From contig CANAQC010000002.1 of NCBI GenBank assembly GCA_947363765.1, positions 14,918-78,917 of the forward strand: a stretch of DNA of 64,000 nt, given 5' to 3'. Under the pieces are notes generated by a model that was not told where the DNA came from, did not search any database, and worked only from the letters and a program-made list of their open reading frames with translations. Positions 32,490 to 42,516 of this stretch are shown one piece after another. The first letter of the stretch is position 1, and the number at the start of each line of letters is the position of its first letter. The stretch comes from an uncultured Clostridium sp. (lineage in GTDB: Bacteria; Bacillota; Clostridia; TANB77; CAG-508). Position numbers and translations under genes: made by a program.

Positions 32490-33380
32490 ATGAAGAATCG
32501 TAAAGGAATTATTTTAGCAGGGGGAAGTGCTACAAGATTGTATCCATTAACACTTGCTATTTCAAAACAAATTATGCCAGTATATGATAAACCTATGATT
32601 TATTATCCATTATCTGTTTTAATGGAGGCAGAAATTAGAGAAGTTTTAATTATATCTACTCCAAGAGATATTGTAACATTTAAAGAACTTCTTGGTAATG
32701 GATCAAAATGGGGAATGAATTTTTCATATAAAGTGCAAGAAAATCCAAAAGGTCTTGCAGAGGCATTTATATTAGCACAAGATTTCATAGGTAATGATAA
32801 TGTAGCAATGATTCTTGGAGATAATATGTTTTATGGAAATAATTTATGCAAATTATTAAAAAGAGCAAATGAAAGAGAAGATGAAGCAACAATATTTGGT
32901 TATTATGTAAAAGATCCAGCAGCTTATGGTGTAGTAGAAATAAATAAAGATGGGCATGCTATTTCAATAGAAGAAAAGCCAGAAGTCCCAAAATCTCATT
33001 ATGCAGTTCCAGGTTTATATTTTTATACAAATGATGTAATAGAGATTGCAAAAAAAGTAAAACCATCAAAAAGAGGAGAATTAGAAATTACATCAATTAA
33101 TAAAGAATATATGAAACAGGGAAAACTAAAGGTAGAAAAACTTGGTAGAGCAATGACTTGGTTTGATACAGGAACACATGATTCGTTATTAGAAACTGCA
33201 AGTTTTGTGCAAACTATTGAAAAAAGGCAAGGGATGCAGATTTGTTGTCCAGAAGAAATAGCTTACAAAAAAGGATGGATTACAGCAATAGAACTTTCTA
33301 TTTTAGCAGATAAATTTATAAAAACAGACTATGGAAAATTTTTAAAAGATTTAGCAGAAAATAAAATAGGAGAAGAATAA
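32490..33380 (+). CDS. rmlA: glucose-1-phosphate thymidylyltransferase
   Basis: GIILAGGSATRLYPLT.. motif. The ATG at 32490 (GAGG 11 nt upstream) is preferred over the GTG at 32481. Confidence 0.9.
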   Translation: MKNRKGIILAGGSATRLYPLTLAISKQIMPVYDKPMIYYPLSVLMEAEIREVLIISTPRDIVTFKELLGNGSKWGMNFSYKVQENPKGLAEAFILAQDFIGNDNVAMILGDNMFYGNNLCKLLKRANEREDEATIFGYYVKDPAAYGVVEINKDGHAISIEEKPEVPKSHYAVPGLYFYTNDVIEIAKKVKPSKRGELEITSINKEYMKQGKLKVEKLGRAMTWFDTGTHDSLLETASFVQTIEKRQGMQICCPEEIAYKKGWITAIELSILADKFIKTDYGKFLKDLAENKIGEE

Positions 33381-33381
33381 A

Positions 33382-33965
33382 ATGGGAAAATTTGAAAAGA
33401 TAGAAACTAAATTAGAAGGAGTATATATAATTAAACCAACTGTTTTTGGAGATACAAGAGGATATTTTATGGAGACATACTCAAAAACAGAATTTGAAAA
33501 ACTAGGATTATACTATAATTTTGTACAAGATAATCAATCAAAATCAAAAAAAGGTGTATTAAGAGGATTACATTTTCAAAAAGAAAATACTCAAAGTAAA
33601 TTAGTAAGAGTATTAAAAGGAGAGGTATTTGATGTAGCAGTAGATTTAAGACCAAAAAGTAAAACTTATGGCAAATGGGAAGGTGTTATTCTTTCAGAAG
33701 AAAATAAGAAAATGTTTTTAATTCCAAAAGGATTTGCACATGGATTTTTAGTATTGTCAGATGAAGCTGAATTTACCTATAAATGTGATGATATTTATAA
33801 TCATGAAGCAGAACGGAGGTCTTATTTGGAATGATAAAAATGTTGGCATAATTTGGCCAGAAATTGAAGGTATGAAAAAAGAAGATTATTTAACATCTGA
33901 AAAAGATAAAAACTGGCCAACATTAGAAGAATTAAGACGGAACAGATTTATTTAAAAATTTGTAG
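33382..33965 (+). CDS. rmlC: dTDP-4-dehydrorhamnose 3,5-epimerase, with one certain and one probable CGGA recoding site
   Basis: RGLHFQ, GFAHGF. GAA-[C]GGA joins ..YNHEAE to GGLIWNDKNVGIIWP... If the second in-frame CGGA (33938) is also recoded the protein ends ..EELRGTDLFKNL* at 33965; otherwise ..EELRRNRFI* at 33955. Confidence 0.85.
33814..33817 (+). other. CGGA recoding site (Gly) in rmlC
   Basis: Context GAA-CGGA-GGT. Joins track ORFs 33382..33834 and 33761..33955. Confidence 0.75.
33938..33941 (+). other. candidate CGGA recoding site near the rmlC stop (ambiguous)
   Basis: Context AGA-CGGA-ACA. Both readings terminate within 10 codons, so the sequence alone cannot decide. Confidence 0.4.
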
Positions 33966-34012
33966 GATTTCATGATTTCATGAAGAATAAAAGTTAAAGG
34001 AGAAAATAAAAG

Positions 34013-34982
34013 ATGAGTAACAATATTTTAATAACTGGAGCAGCAGGATTTATTGGCGCAAACTTTGCTGAATTTTTTGTAGAAAAACATCCAGAATATA
34101 ATGTTATTGTGTTAGATAAACTAACATATGCTGGAAATTTAAATAATCTAAAAAAAGTAATGGATAAAATTACATTTATAAAAGGGGATATTTGTGATTA
34201 TGAATTTATAAAAGATTTATTTAATAAATATCAAATTAATGGAGTTATTCATTTTGCGGCAGAATCTCATGTAGACAATAGCATTAAAAACCCATTTATC
34301 TTCACACAAACTAATGTGATTGGGACACATACTTTATTAGAAGTAGCAAAACAAGTATGGAAAGAAGGAAGTAAAAATAAATTTGTACATATATCTACAG
34401 ATGAAGTATATGGAACATTAGGAGAAAATGGATATTTTACAGAAGAAACACTAATAAATCCAAATAGTCCATATTCTGCATCAAAAGCAAGTTCAGATTT
34501 AATTGCAAGAGCTTACTTTGAAACATTTAAAATGAATGTAACTATTACAAATTGTTCTAATAATTATGGACCATATCAGCATAATGAGAAATTAATTCCT
34601 CATATGATAAAACTTGCTATGAATAATGAAAAACTACCAGTATATGGTGATGGAAAAAATATTCGTGATTGGCTATATGTAGAAGATCATTGTGAAGCAA
34701 TTGACTTAGTATTTCATAATGGGAAATCAGGACAAAGATACAATATAGGACGGACATAATGAAAAAAGAAATATTGAAATTGTAAAATTAATATTACAAT
34801 ATTTAAATAAATCAGAAGATTTAATACAATATGTGGAAGATAGAAAAGGACATGATTATCGTTATGCAATTGACCCAACAAAGATAAAAAATGAATTAGG
34901 ATGGAAACCAAAAACAAAATTTGAAGAAGGAATTATTAAAACAATCGATTGGTATCTAGAAAATCCTGAGTGGTTAAATTAA
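34013..34982 (+). CDS. rmlB: dTDP-glucose 4,6-dehydratase, with CGGA recoding site
   Basis: TGAAGFIG, YSASK. YNIG-[C]GGA->GHNEKRNIEIV..RKGHDYRYAIDPTKIKNELGWKP...WYLENPEWLN* restores the canonical YNIGG.NE motif; 322 aa. Confidence 0.92.
34751..34754 (+). other. CGGA recoding site (Gly) in rmlB
   Basis: Context GGA-CGGA-CAT. Confidence 0.8.
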
Positions 34983-35205
34983 AAAAGAGTAAATACAATA
35001 TTAATTTTATAGCTAATAAATAAAAACTAATTAGACAAACTAATATTATATATTTTTTTACGAATAGTAAAAGAAAATTGTTAGACAATAAGCTAAAATA
35101 TAAAATTTAGCTTATTTTAATTGTTATAGAACATTTTTGTATATACTTAAGCTATATTTTTTGAATAAGTTAAATTATAAATAAGAATTTATTTTATGTA
35201 GTTTT

Positions 35206-35760
35206 TTAAATGTGTTCTTCTAAGATTTCAATTTGTATATCATGATTTAAAATTTTATTATCAATTTGAGAAAAACTTTTATCGTATTGTTCATGTTTTT
35301 CTATATTTGCATTAGCATAATCTAATAAAAGATCAAGTTTTTTACTATGTTCGTATTCCATTTTAGTAAAGCTGTTTTGCAAACAAACCAATTCATTGTC
35401 AAGGTTGTCTAATCGATGATTTGTTTCTGATTTAAAATTAGTTAATTTTTGTTTAAAAGTGTCTAATCGATGATTTATTTCTGATTTGAAATTAGTTAAT
35501 TCTTGTTTAAAAGTGCCTAATCGATGATTTGTTTCTGATTTAAAATTAGTTAATTCTTGTTTAAAAGTGTCTAATCGATGATTTGTTTCTGATTTAAAAT
35601 TAGTTAATTCTTGTTTAAAAGTGCCTAATCGATGATTTGTTTCTGATTTAAAATTAATTAATTCTTGTTTAAGGCTACTTGTAACTTCTTTAAGGTTATT
35701 TGTATCTTCTTTTAATTGTAGTAATATATTAAAAATATTTTCTAATGTAACTTCTTGCAT
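35206..35760 (-). CDS. coiled-coil protein with five 18-aa tandem repeats (FKQELTNFKSETNHRL[GD]T)
   Basis: 184 aa; in-frame 54-bp DNA repeats; GAGGAGG RBS upstream of the ATG. Same architecture as 5899..6330. Confidence 0.7.
   Translation of the reverse strand: MQEVTLENIFNILLQLKEDTNNLKEVTSSLKQELINFKSETNHRLGTFKQELTNFKSETNHRLDTFKQELTNFKSETNHRLGTFKQELTNFKSEINHRLDTFKQKLTNFKSETNHRLDNLDNELVCLQNSFTKMEYEHSKKLDLLLDYANANIEKHEQYDKSFSQIDNKILNHDIQIEILEEHI
35407..35676 (-). repeat. 5 x 54-bp near-identical tandem repeats (coding)
   Basis: Units start at 35407, 35461, 35515, 35569 and 35623, with 1-4 substitutions per unit. Confidence 0.95.
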
Positions 35761-35995
35761 GAATTATCCTCCTCTCATTAGTTTGTCTAATTTTTAAAAT
35801 TATAACATAAAAAATTATATAAAAGCAAGAATAAAAAATCTACACTTTTCGACAAAATGTGAAAAACAATATAGCAAATAAATTTTTTAAAAAATATTGC
35901 AAATAGGTAGAATTATAGATATAATAGCATATATTAAAAAATATGAGAATAAGAAAGTTTAAAAGATATTATTTTATAAAAAAGGAGAATAAGAA

Positions 35996-37360
35996 ATGAG
36001 AAAATATTTTGGGACAGATGGAATTAGGAGAATTGCTAATACTGAACTTACGCCAAATTTAGTTTATAAAGTAGCAAAAGCAGGAGCTTGTGTATTATCA
36101 AAGCATACAGACCATATACCAACAATATTAATAGGTAGAGATACACGTATTTCTGGTACTTTAATTGAAAGTGCAATGACTGCTGGTTTTTTAAGTTATG
36201 GTGCAAATGTAAAATTATTAGGAGTTATGCCAACACCAGCTGTAGCATATTTAACTAGAAAATTAAATGCAGATGCAAGTGTTGTTATTTCAGCTTCTCA
36301 TAATACATATGAATTTAATGGAGTAAAATATTTTAGTAATAAAGGAACTAAAATTGATGATTTATTAGAAGAAGAAATTGAAGAAATTATGGATTCAGAC
36401 CAAATTACAAAAATGAATGCTCAACATGATAAAATTGGTGTCTCAGAGGTAAGAGAAGACTTAGTGCAAGAATATGAAAAGTTTTTTATAGATACATTTA
36501 AAAGTAGTATAGGATTATATGATAAAGGCAATTTTATTGTAGGAATTGATACAGCAAATGGTGCAACATATAAAGTAGCAGAAAAAATATTTTCTAACTT
36601 GGGAATTCAACATATTATTATTAATAATAATCCAAATGGAATTAATATTAATGAAAATTGTGGTTCTACTCATTTAGAACAAATTAAAAAATTTGTTGTA
36701 GAACATAAATTGAATTTAGGTATTGCATATGATGGTGATGGAGATCGATGTTTATTAATTGATGAAGCTGGAAATGAAATTGATGGAGATAAAATATTAG
36801 CAGTTTGTTCAAATTATATGAAAGAAAAAGGAACTTTAAAAAAAGATACAGTAGCTGCAACAGTTATGAGTAATTTGGGATTAAAGAAATATTGCCAAAT
36901 AAATGAAATTACATGTAGACAAACAAAAGTAGGAGATCGTTATGTATTAGAAGATATGATAAAAAATGGATATAATTTAGGTGGAGAACAATCAGGGCAT
37001 GTTATATTTTTAGATTATAATCCTACAGGAGATGGCATTTTAACTTCACTTATGTTCATAAAAATTTTATTAGAAAAAAAATGTTTAGCTTCTGAACTTT
37101 GTAGTATAATCAATATATATCCTCAAGTATTAATTAATGCAAAAGTAGATTCAAATAAAAAATATGATTATGAAAAAGATGAAGAAATTAAGAATCAAAT
37201 AGAAAAATTAGAAGAAGAATTTGCAGGCAATGGTAGAGTTCTAATAAGACCTTCAGGAACAGAACCTCTAGTAAGAGTTATGATTGAAGGAGAAGATAAG
37301 AAATATATAAAAGCAAAAGCTGAGGAATTAGCTATTTTAATAGAACGAAAACTAAGTTAA
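35996..37360 (+). CDS. glmM: phosphoglucosamine mutase
   Basis: 454 aa with YFGTDGIR, ISASHN, GDGDR and RPSGTEP motifs. Confidence 0.92.
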   Translation: MRKYFGTDGIRRIANTELTPNLVYKVAKAGACVLSKHTDHIPTILIGRDTRISGTLIESAMTAGFLSYGANVKLLGVMPTPAVAYLTRKLNADASVVISASHNTYEFNGVKYFSNKGTKIDDLLEEEIEEIMDSDQITKMNAQHDKIGVSEVREDLVQEYEKFFIDTFKSSIGLYDKGNFIVGIDTANGATYKVAEKIFSNLGIQHIIINNNPNGININENCGSTHLEQIKKFVVEHKLNLGIAYDGDGDRCLLIDEAGNEIDGDKILAVCSNYMKEKGTLKKDTVAATVMSNLGLKKYCQINEITCRQTKVGDRYVLEDMIKNGYNLGGEQSGHVIFLDYNPTGDGILTSLMFIKILLEKKCLASELCSIINIYPQVLINAKVDSNKKYDYEKDEEIKNQIEKLEEEFAGNGRVLIRPSGTEPLVRVMIEGEDKKYIKAKAEELAILIERKLS

Positions 37361-37434
37361 ATATAAAAAAATAATAATACTAAATAAAAGTATACTCAAA
37401 TGTTATAATAAACAGGTTATACCCTGAGAAAGAA

Positions 37435-39012
37435 GTGATAGATTTGGAAAAATATTATATTACTACTCCCATTTATTATCCAAGCGGAAAATTTCATATA
37501 GGAACAGCATATACGACAGTAGTAGCAGATACTGTAAAAAAATATAAAGCTTTAAGAGGTTATGATACATACCTTCTTACAGGAACAGATGAGCATGGAC
37601 AAAAAATTCAAACTGTTTCTGAAAAAAATAATATGACCCCACAAGAATATGTAGATTATATGGCAAAACTTGCAAAAGAATTGTGGTCAAAGATGGAAAT
37701 TAGTTATGATGATTTTATTCGTACAACAGAAGACAGACATAAAAAAATAGTGCAAAAAATTTTTGAAAAGTTTTTAGAAAATGGTGATATATATAAGGGA
37801 AGCTATGAAGGAATGTATTGCATACCATGTGAAACATATTTTACAAAAACACAATTAGTAGATGGAAAATGTCCAGATTGTGGAAGAGAAGTTAAATTAA
37901 TGAAAGAGGAAGCATATTTTTTTAATATGAAAAAATATGCAGATAAACTTATAAAGCTATATAATGAAAGTGACTTTATTACACCAGAGTTTAGAAAAAA
38001 TGAAATGTTAAATAATTTTATTAAACCAGGTTTAGAAGATTTGTGTATTAGCCGTACAAATTTTGATTGGGGAATTAAAGTAAAAAGTGATACTAAACAT
38101 GTTATATATGTATGGCTAGATGCACTAACAAACTATATTACTGCACTTGGATATTTATCAGAGGATGATACTAAATTTAAAAAATATTGGCCAGCAGATT
38201 TGCAAATTGTTGGAAAAGATATTGCTAGATTTCATTTGATTTATTGGCCAATTTTCTTAATGGCACTTGATTTACCACTCCCTAAAAAAATTTTGGTTCA
38301 CAACTGGATTATGATGAAAGATGGAAAAATGAGTAAATCTAAAGGAAATGTGGTATATCCAGAATTATTAATTAACAAATATGGTTTAGATGCACTTAGA
38401 TATTTTTTACTTCGTGAAATGCCAATTGTACAAGATGGTGTTTTTTCACCAGAAAGTTTTGTAGAACGTTTTAATTTTGACTTATGTAATGATTTAGGAA
38501 ATTTATTAAATAGAACTGTATCTATGGTAAATAAGTATTTTGAAGGAATAGTACCAAGTTATGTAGGACATGCAAATCAGGTAGACAGCCAATTAGAAGA
38601 ATATACAAAAAATCAAATAATACTTGTAGAAAAACATTTAGAAAAATTTGAATTTGCAAATTGTTTGCAGGAACTTTGGAATATTATTTCAAGAACTAAT
38701 AAATATATTGATGAAACAATGCCATGGGCATTAGAAAAAGAAGGCGAAAATGAAAAATTAGCTTCTTGTATGAACCATTTAATTGAGAATTTAAGAAAAA
38801 TAGGAATTATGTTGTTACCATTTATGGAGAAAACAGCAAAAAGCATTTTAAATCAAATAGGATTATCAAACTTTAATAATACATGGGAGAGCATATATGA
38901 TACAAATAAAATTCCAGAACAAACAAAGGTTATAAACAAAGGAGAACCATTATTTATGAGATTGGATATAGAAAAAGAAATTGATTATATAAAAAATGGT
39001 ATGATAGGATAA
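37435..39012 (+). CDS. metG: methionine--tRNA ligase (short form)
   Basis: PIYYPSGKFHIGTAY (HIGH), KMSKS and a CxxC..CPDC knuckle. The start codon is uncertain (GTG 37435). Confidence 0.9.
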   Translation: MIDLEKYYITTPIYYPSGKFHIGTAYTTVVADTVKKYKALRGYDTYLLTGTDEHGQKIQTVSEKNNMTPQEYVDYMAKLAKELWSKMEISYDDFIRTTEDRHKKIVQKIFEKFLENGDIYKGSYEGMYCIPCETYFTKTQLVDGKCPDCGREVKLMKEEAYFFNMKKYADKLIKLYNESDFITPEFRKNEMLNNFIKPGLEDLCISRTNFDWGIKVKSDTKHVIYVWLDALTNYITALGYLSEDDTKFKKYWPADLQIVGKDIARFHLIYWPIFLMALDLPLPKKILVHNWIMMKDGKMSKSKGNVVYPELLINKYGLDALRYFLLREMPIVQDGVFSPESFVERFNFDLCNDLGNLLNRTVSMVNKYFEGIVPSYVGHANQVDSQLEEYTKNQIILVEKHLEKFEFANCLQELWNIISRTNKYIDETMPWALEKEGENEKLASCMNHLIENLRKIGIMLLPFMEKTAKSILNQIGLSNFNNTWESIYDTNKIPEQTKVINKGEPLFMRLDIEKEIDYIKNGMIG

Positions 39013-39062
39013 GAAGTAAGGTATAGAATTTATATTTTATATAAAATGTGGAGAAAAAATTA

Positions 39063-39920
39063 ATGGATGGAATTATACTAATAAATAAAGAAAAAGATTA
39101 TACTTCTCATGATGTAGTAGCAATTGTAAAAAAAACATTAGGGCAAAAGGTAGGACATACAGGAACATTAGATCCTAATGCAACAGGAATATTACCACTA
39201 TTAATAGGAAAAGCAACTAAGATTTCAAAATATTTAGTAAATCATGATAAAATTTATCAAGCAGTATTAAGGTTAGGAGTTAAAACTGATACAGCAGACA
39301 TGATGGGTAAAATTGTAGAAGAAAAAAATGTAAAAATGCCTAATAAAGAAGAAATAGAATTAATATTTTCTTCTATGGTAGGAAAAACGAAACAAATACC
39401 TCCTATTTATTCTGCTATTAAAGTAAATGGAAAGAAACTATATGAATATGCAAGACAAGATAAAAAAGTAGAAATACCAGAAAGAGAAATTGAAATTTAT
39501 AATTTAAAACTTGATTATATAAGCTTAAATAAAAATGAGATTACATTTACTATTTATTGTTCTAAAGGTACTTATATTAGAACTATATGTGAACAAATAG
39601 CTAAAAAACTCGGAACTATAGGGTGTATGAGTGAACTAAATCGTATACAGGTTGGCGAGTTTCATATAGATAATAGTATTACTATTAAAAAATTACAAGA
39701 AAACAAAAAAAATGTTATGGATTATCTAATTTCAATAGAACAGTTTTTTTATAAAAAAGAAAAAATTATTTTGAATAGTAGTAAATTAGAACAATTTTTA
39801 AATGGAGTAAAATTAAAATGTGAGATGAAAGAAGATATATATAGAATTTATGATGAAAATAAAAAATTCATAGGACTAGGAATAATAAAAAATGAACTTT
39901 TAAAAAGGGATGTTGTATAG
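39063..39920 (+). CDS. truB: tRNA pseudouridine-55 synthase
   Basis: GIILINKEKDYTSHDVV...GHTGTLDP motif. ATG 39063 with GGAG 9 nt upstream is preferred over GTG 39048. Confidence 0.9.
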   Translation: MDGIILINKEKDYTSHDVVAIVKKTLGQKVGHTGTLDPNATGILPLLIGKATKISKYLVNHDKIYQAVLRLGVKTDTADMMGKIVEEKNVKMPNKEEIELIFSSMVGKTKQIPPIYSAIKVNGKKLYEYARQDKKVEIPEREIEIYNLKLDYISLNKNEITFTIYCSKGTYIRTICEQIAKKLGTIGCMSELNRIQVGEFHIDNSITIKKLQENKKNVMDYLISIEQFFYKKEKIILNSSKLEQFLNGVKLKCEMKEDIYRIYDENKKFIGLGIIKNELLKRDVV

Positions 39921-39944
39921 AGGCGATTGTTTAAAATCGCCTCT
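39919..39944. terminator. bidirectional hairpin AGAGGCGATT-GTTTAA-AATCGCCTCT
   Basis: 10-bp GC-containing stem between convergent truB and the last gene of the gerA operon. Confidence 0.7.
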
Positions 39945-39955
39945 AGCTTTTATAA

Positions 39956-40142
39956 TTATGAATAACTAGATAAATTTACTCTTAAATTAACTAATACACT
40001 GGGTAAAATTAAACATATTAGAGAAAGTATCAATATAACAATACTACCTCCGCTTATTTTTCCCTTCTTTCCATTCATAAATTCCATAAAAAAATGTCTT
40101 TAAAAATATAAATATAGATATTGCACCAATAACAATTCTCAT
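39956..40142 (-). CDS. 61-aa two-TM small protein at the end of the ger operon, with CGGA recoding site (not in ORF track)
   Basis: ATG 40142 after GAGAGGTG. MRIVIGAISIFIFLKTFFYGIYEWKEGKNK-[C]GGA->GGSIVILILSLICLILPSVLVNLRVNLSSYS*. The span is 187 nt (3n+1). The 0 frame stops 2 codons after the CGG. Confidence 0.5.
40049..40052 (-). other. CGGA recoding site (Gly), minus strand
   Basis: Coding-strand context AAG-CGGA-GGT. Confidence 0.5.
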
Positions 40143-40168
40143 ATATTCACCTCTCTTTATCTGATTTT

Positions 40169-41405
40169 TTAGCTTTCCATAATAATATAACTAGATTTTA
40201 TTGTTGTATCAACAATAACATCAAAAAAAGAATTTTTAAAATTATCTAACCAATTAAAATTGTTCCAATCTTCAAAAGTTTGGAAATTTTGTACAACATA
40301 TTTACCAAATCCATCAATGTCACTTTGTAGTTCTTTTGAAACTTTATATAAATATTCATATAGTTTAGTAGTTAAATATAAATTTAGAGCTTTTTCTAAA
40401 GTCTCAATTTCATTTGTTGTAACATATTTAGAGTTTTCTTCCATTGTTAAAATACGTGCTTCTAACATAATTTTTGAAGTGATATATGGTGAACCATTAA
40501 CAAGTTTAACCTTATTTTTAGTATTTTTTACAAGACGAACTCGAAGGGAAATAGATTTATTTTCTTCAAAAGGACTTGGAATATTTATAATACAACTGTT
40601 AAGGGTACTAGAAATCATTTGATGACAAATGGTTTCTAGTCCATTTAATTCTCCTACTAATTTATCACCTTTAAAAACAGCAAGACCCATATTTTCAATA
40701 TTGCTTTTTCCTTGGATAAGAGTTTCATTTGCTTTATTTGAAGAGTCCTTTTCATATGAATTTTCTTTAGAATCTAAAGAATGTGTATCTGAAGAATTTA
40801 TTCCACCAAGTATAGCATAGCAAGTTTGAAAAGTATCTGCATAATCTGAAAAAAAGTCACTTAATGTAATGTTTTGAGTAAAACCTGTATATTCACTAGA
40901 AGTAGGAGCAATCTCATAATATCTTGCAGATAATTTTTCTAAAATTGGTTTTGAATTATTTAAGAAATATTCAGCACTACATCTACTAACTAAAATATTA
41001 GAGTCTGGACGTACTTCTACTTTATTCATTAAAGTAAATAATGTTTCAGAAATTCCTTTATTTGCAAATTCTTCTGAAAATACGATTATTTTACAATGAG
41101 CAAGATTAGATTCTTTACTTAAATAACTATTTAATAAATTAATTCCAGAATCAAAAGAATCACATTGTATTGTAGTTACAATTGATGAATCAGACTGAGA
41201 AGAACCACCACTTTGAGAAGAACCACCAGGAACAGATATTTGAAAACTAAGTTTTAATTTATTATCTTCTCCGAACATCAAATCCTAATGCTACAACATA
41301 GGCTAAATGATCAATATTTTGTTCATTATAACAACCAGAGAGACTAAATAGAGTAACTGTTAATATAAGGAAGAGGAGTAAAAAATTTTTTAATTTTTTA
41401 TTCAT
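40169..41405 (-). CDS. spore germination receptor C subunit (GerAC-type lipoprotein), with CGGA recoding site
   Basis: Lipobox signal peptide MNKKLKNFLLLFLILTVTLFSLSGC..AYVVALGFDV-[C]GGA->GEDNKLKLSFQI.., continuing into track ORF 40169..41281. The start overlaps the gerAB stop (ATGA). Confidence 0.85.
41270..41273 (-). other. CGGA recoding site (Gly), minus strand, in gerAC
   Basis: Coding-strand context GTT-CGGA-GAA, 44 codons after the ATG at 41405. Confidence 0.7.
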
Positions 41406-42505
41406 GTATCAATTCCTCCTTTATGTTTATTTTTATATTTTATATTGGCAAAAATAAGTGTTAATAGTGTAATAACAAATACTAAAATAATAGTAAAATA
41501 ACGGAAAACAACATCTTGTATAAAACGAATTTGGGCAATATTTTTAGGAATGAGAGCAAATACAAAAATAATAGCACAAAAACAATAAATCATTGGTTTT
41601 GTATCATGCGTTTTCGTAATTTTTTTAAATATATTAGAAATTATCCAAATAGTAATGCTTAAATAAGACATAAGTGATAAAATCCATCCCAAAACAAAAA
41701 GAGCATCTGGCCTTTGTAAAAATCTACCAAAATTTGTACCACGTATTAATAGATAAACAGGAGATATTTCATTAATTGTTAATACATCTGCAAAAGAAAA
41801 GAGTAAAGTAGTAACACTTAAAAATAAGTAAATAGCAGATATAGCAATAGAGGTATAACTAATTTTATTGAAGTCTTTTGGATTTTTTAACAGTGGTTTT
41901 AAAAAGTATAAATAGCTAATTCCAGAAAAGGCGAATAAGTTACTCATACCACTAAAAAATGTTTGATTTATACCATATCCCCAAATAGGAAAAATTCTTT
42001 TTATTTCAAACCTAGAAAAAATGCAAAAAAATGCAATAAGTAGGTTAAGAAGTATAATTGGGACAATAATCACATTACACTTAGTAATAGTTCTAAAACC
42101 AAAACGATTTGCAATACAAGCAGCAATTAAAAAAAATAGTAACATCAAGCAAATAGTAGCTTTTTCAAAATAAACAACTTTTATCATTTCAGAAAAATTG
42201 CGAAGCAAGGTACTAGAAATAACAATAAAATATAAAATAAATAAAGTACCTATTACAATTTTTAAGAAATTTCCACCTAAAAATTGGCTAATATCTAAAA
42301 TATCACTATTACTAAAAGGTTTCCAAAGTTTTAGAATTAGTCCTAAAAATAAAAATATTATAATCGTAATAAAAATTATATTTAAACAGCTAGAAGAACC
42401 ACACTGCTCTAGTATACTTTGAGGTAGGTTTAATATAATATGATTTAGTATAATTATAATAATAAAGAAAATTCCCTCTAATGTACCAAGTTTTGAACTA
42501 CTCAT
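41402..42505 (-). CDS. spore germination receptor B subunit (GerAB-type, APC-like permease)
   Basis: 367 aa, about 10 TM helices, between the A and C subunits. Confidence 0.85.
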   Translation of the reverse strand: MSSSKLGTLEGIFFIIIIILNHIILNLPQSILEQCGSSSCLNIIFITIIIFLFLGLILKLWKPFSNSDILDISQFLGGNFLKIVIGTLFILYFIVISSTLLRNFSEMIKVVYFEKATICLMLLFFLIAACIANRFGFRTITKCNVIIVPIILLNLLIAFFCIFSRFEIKRIFPIWGYGINQTFFSGMSNLFAFSGISYLYFLKPLLKNPKDFNKISYTSIAISAIYLFLSVTTLLFSFADVLTINEISPVYLLIRGTNFGRFLQRPDALFVLGWILSLMSYLSITIWIISNIFKKITKTHDTKPMIYCFCAIIFVFALIPKNIAQIRFIQDVVFRYFTIILVFVITLLTLIFANIKYKNKHKGGIDT

Positions 42506-42516
42506 ATAATAACCTC

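Noticed and set aside
35407-35676. Regular 54-bp repeats as a possible CRISPR array
   Set aside because: The units are contiguous with no unique spacers, are in frame within an ORF that has an RBS, and encode an 18-aa heptad-like repeat. No cas genes are nearby.
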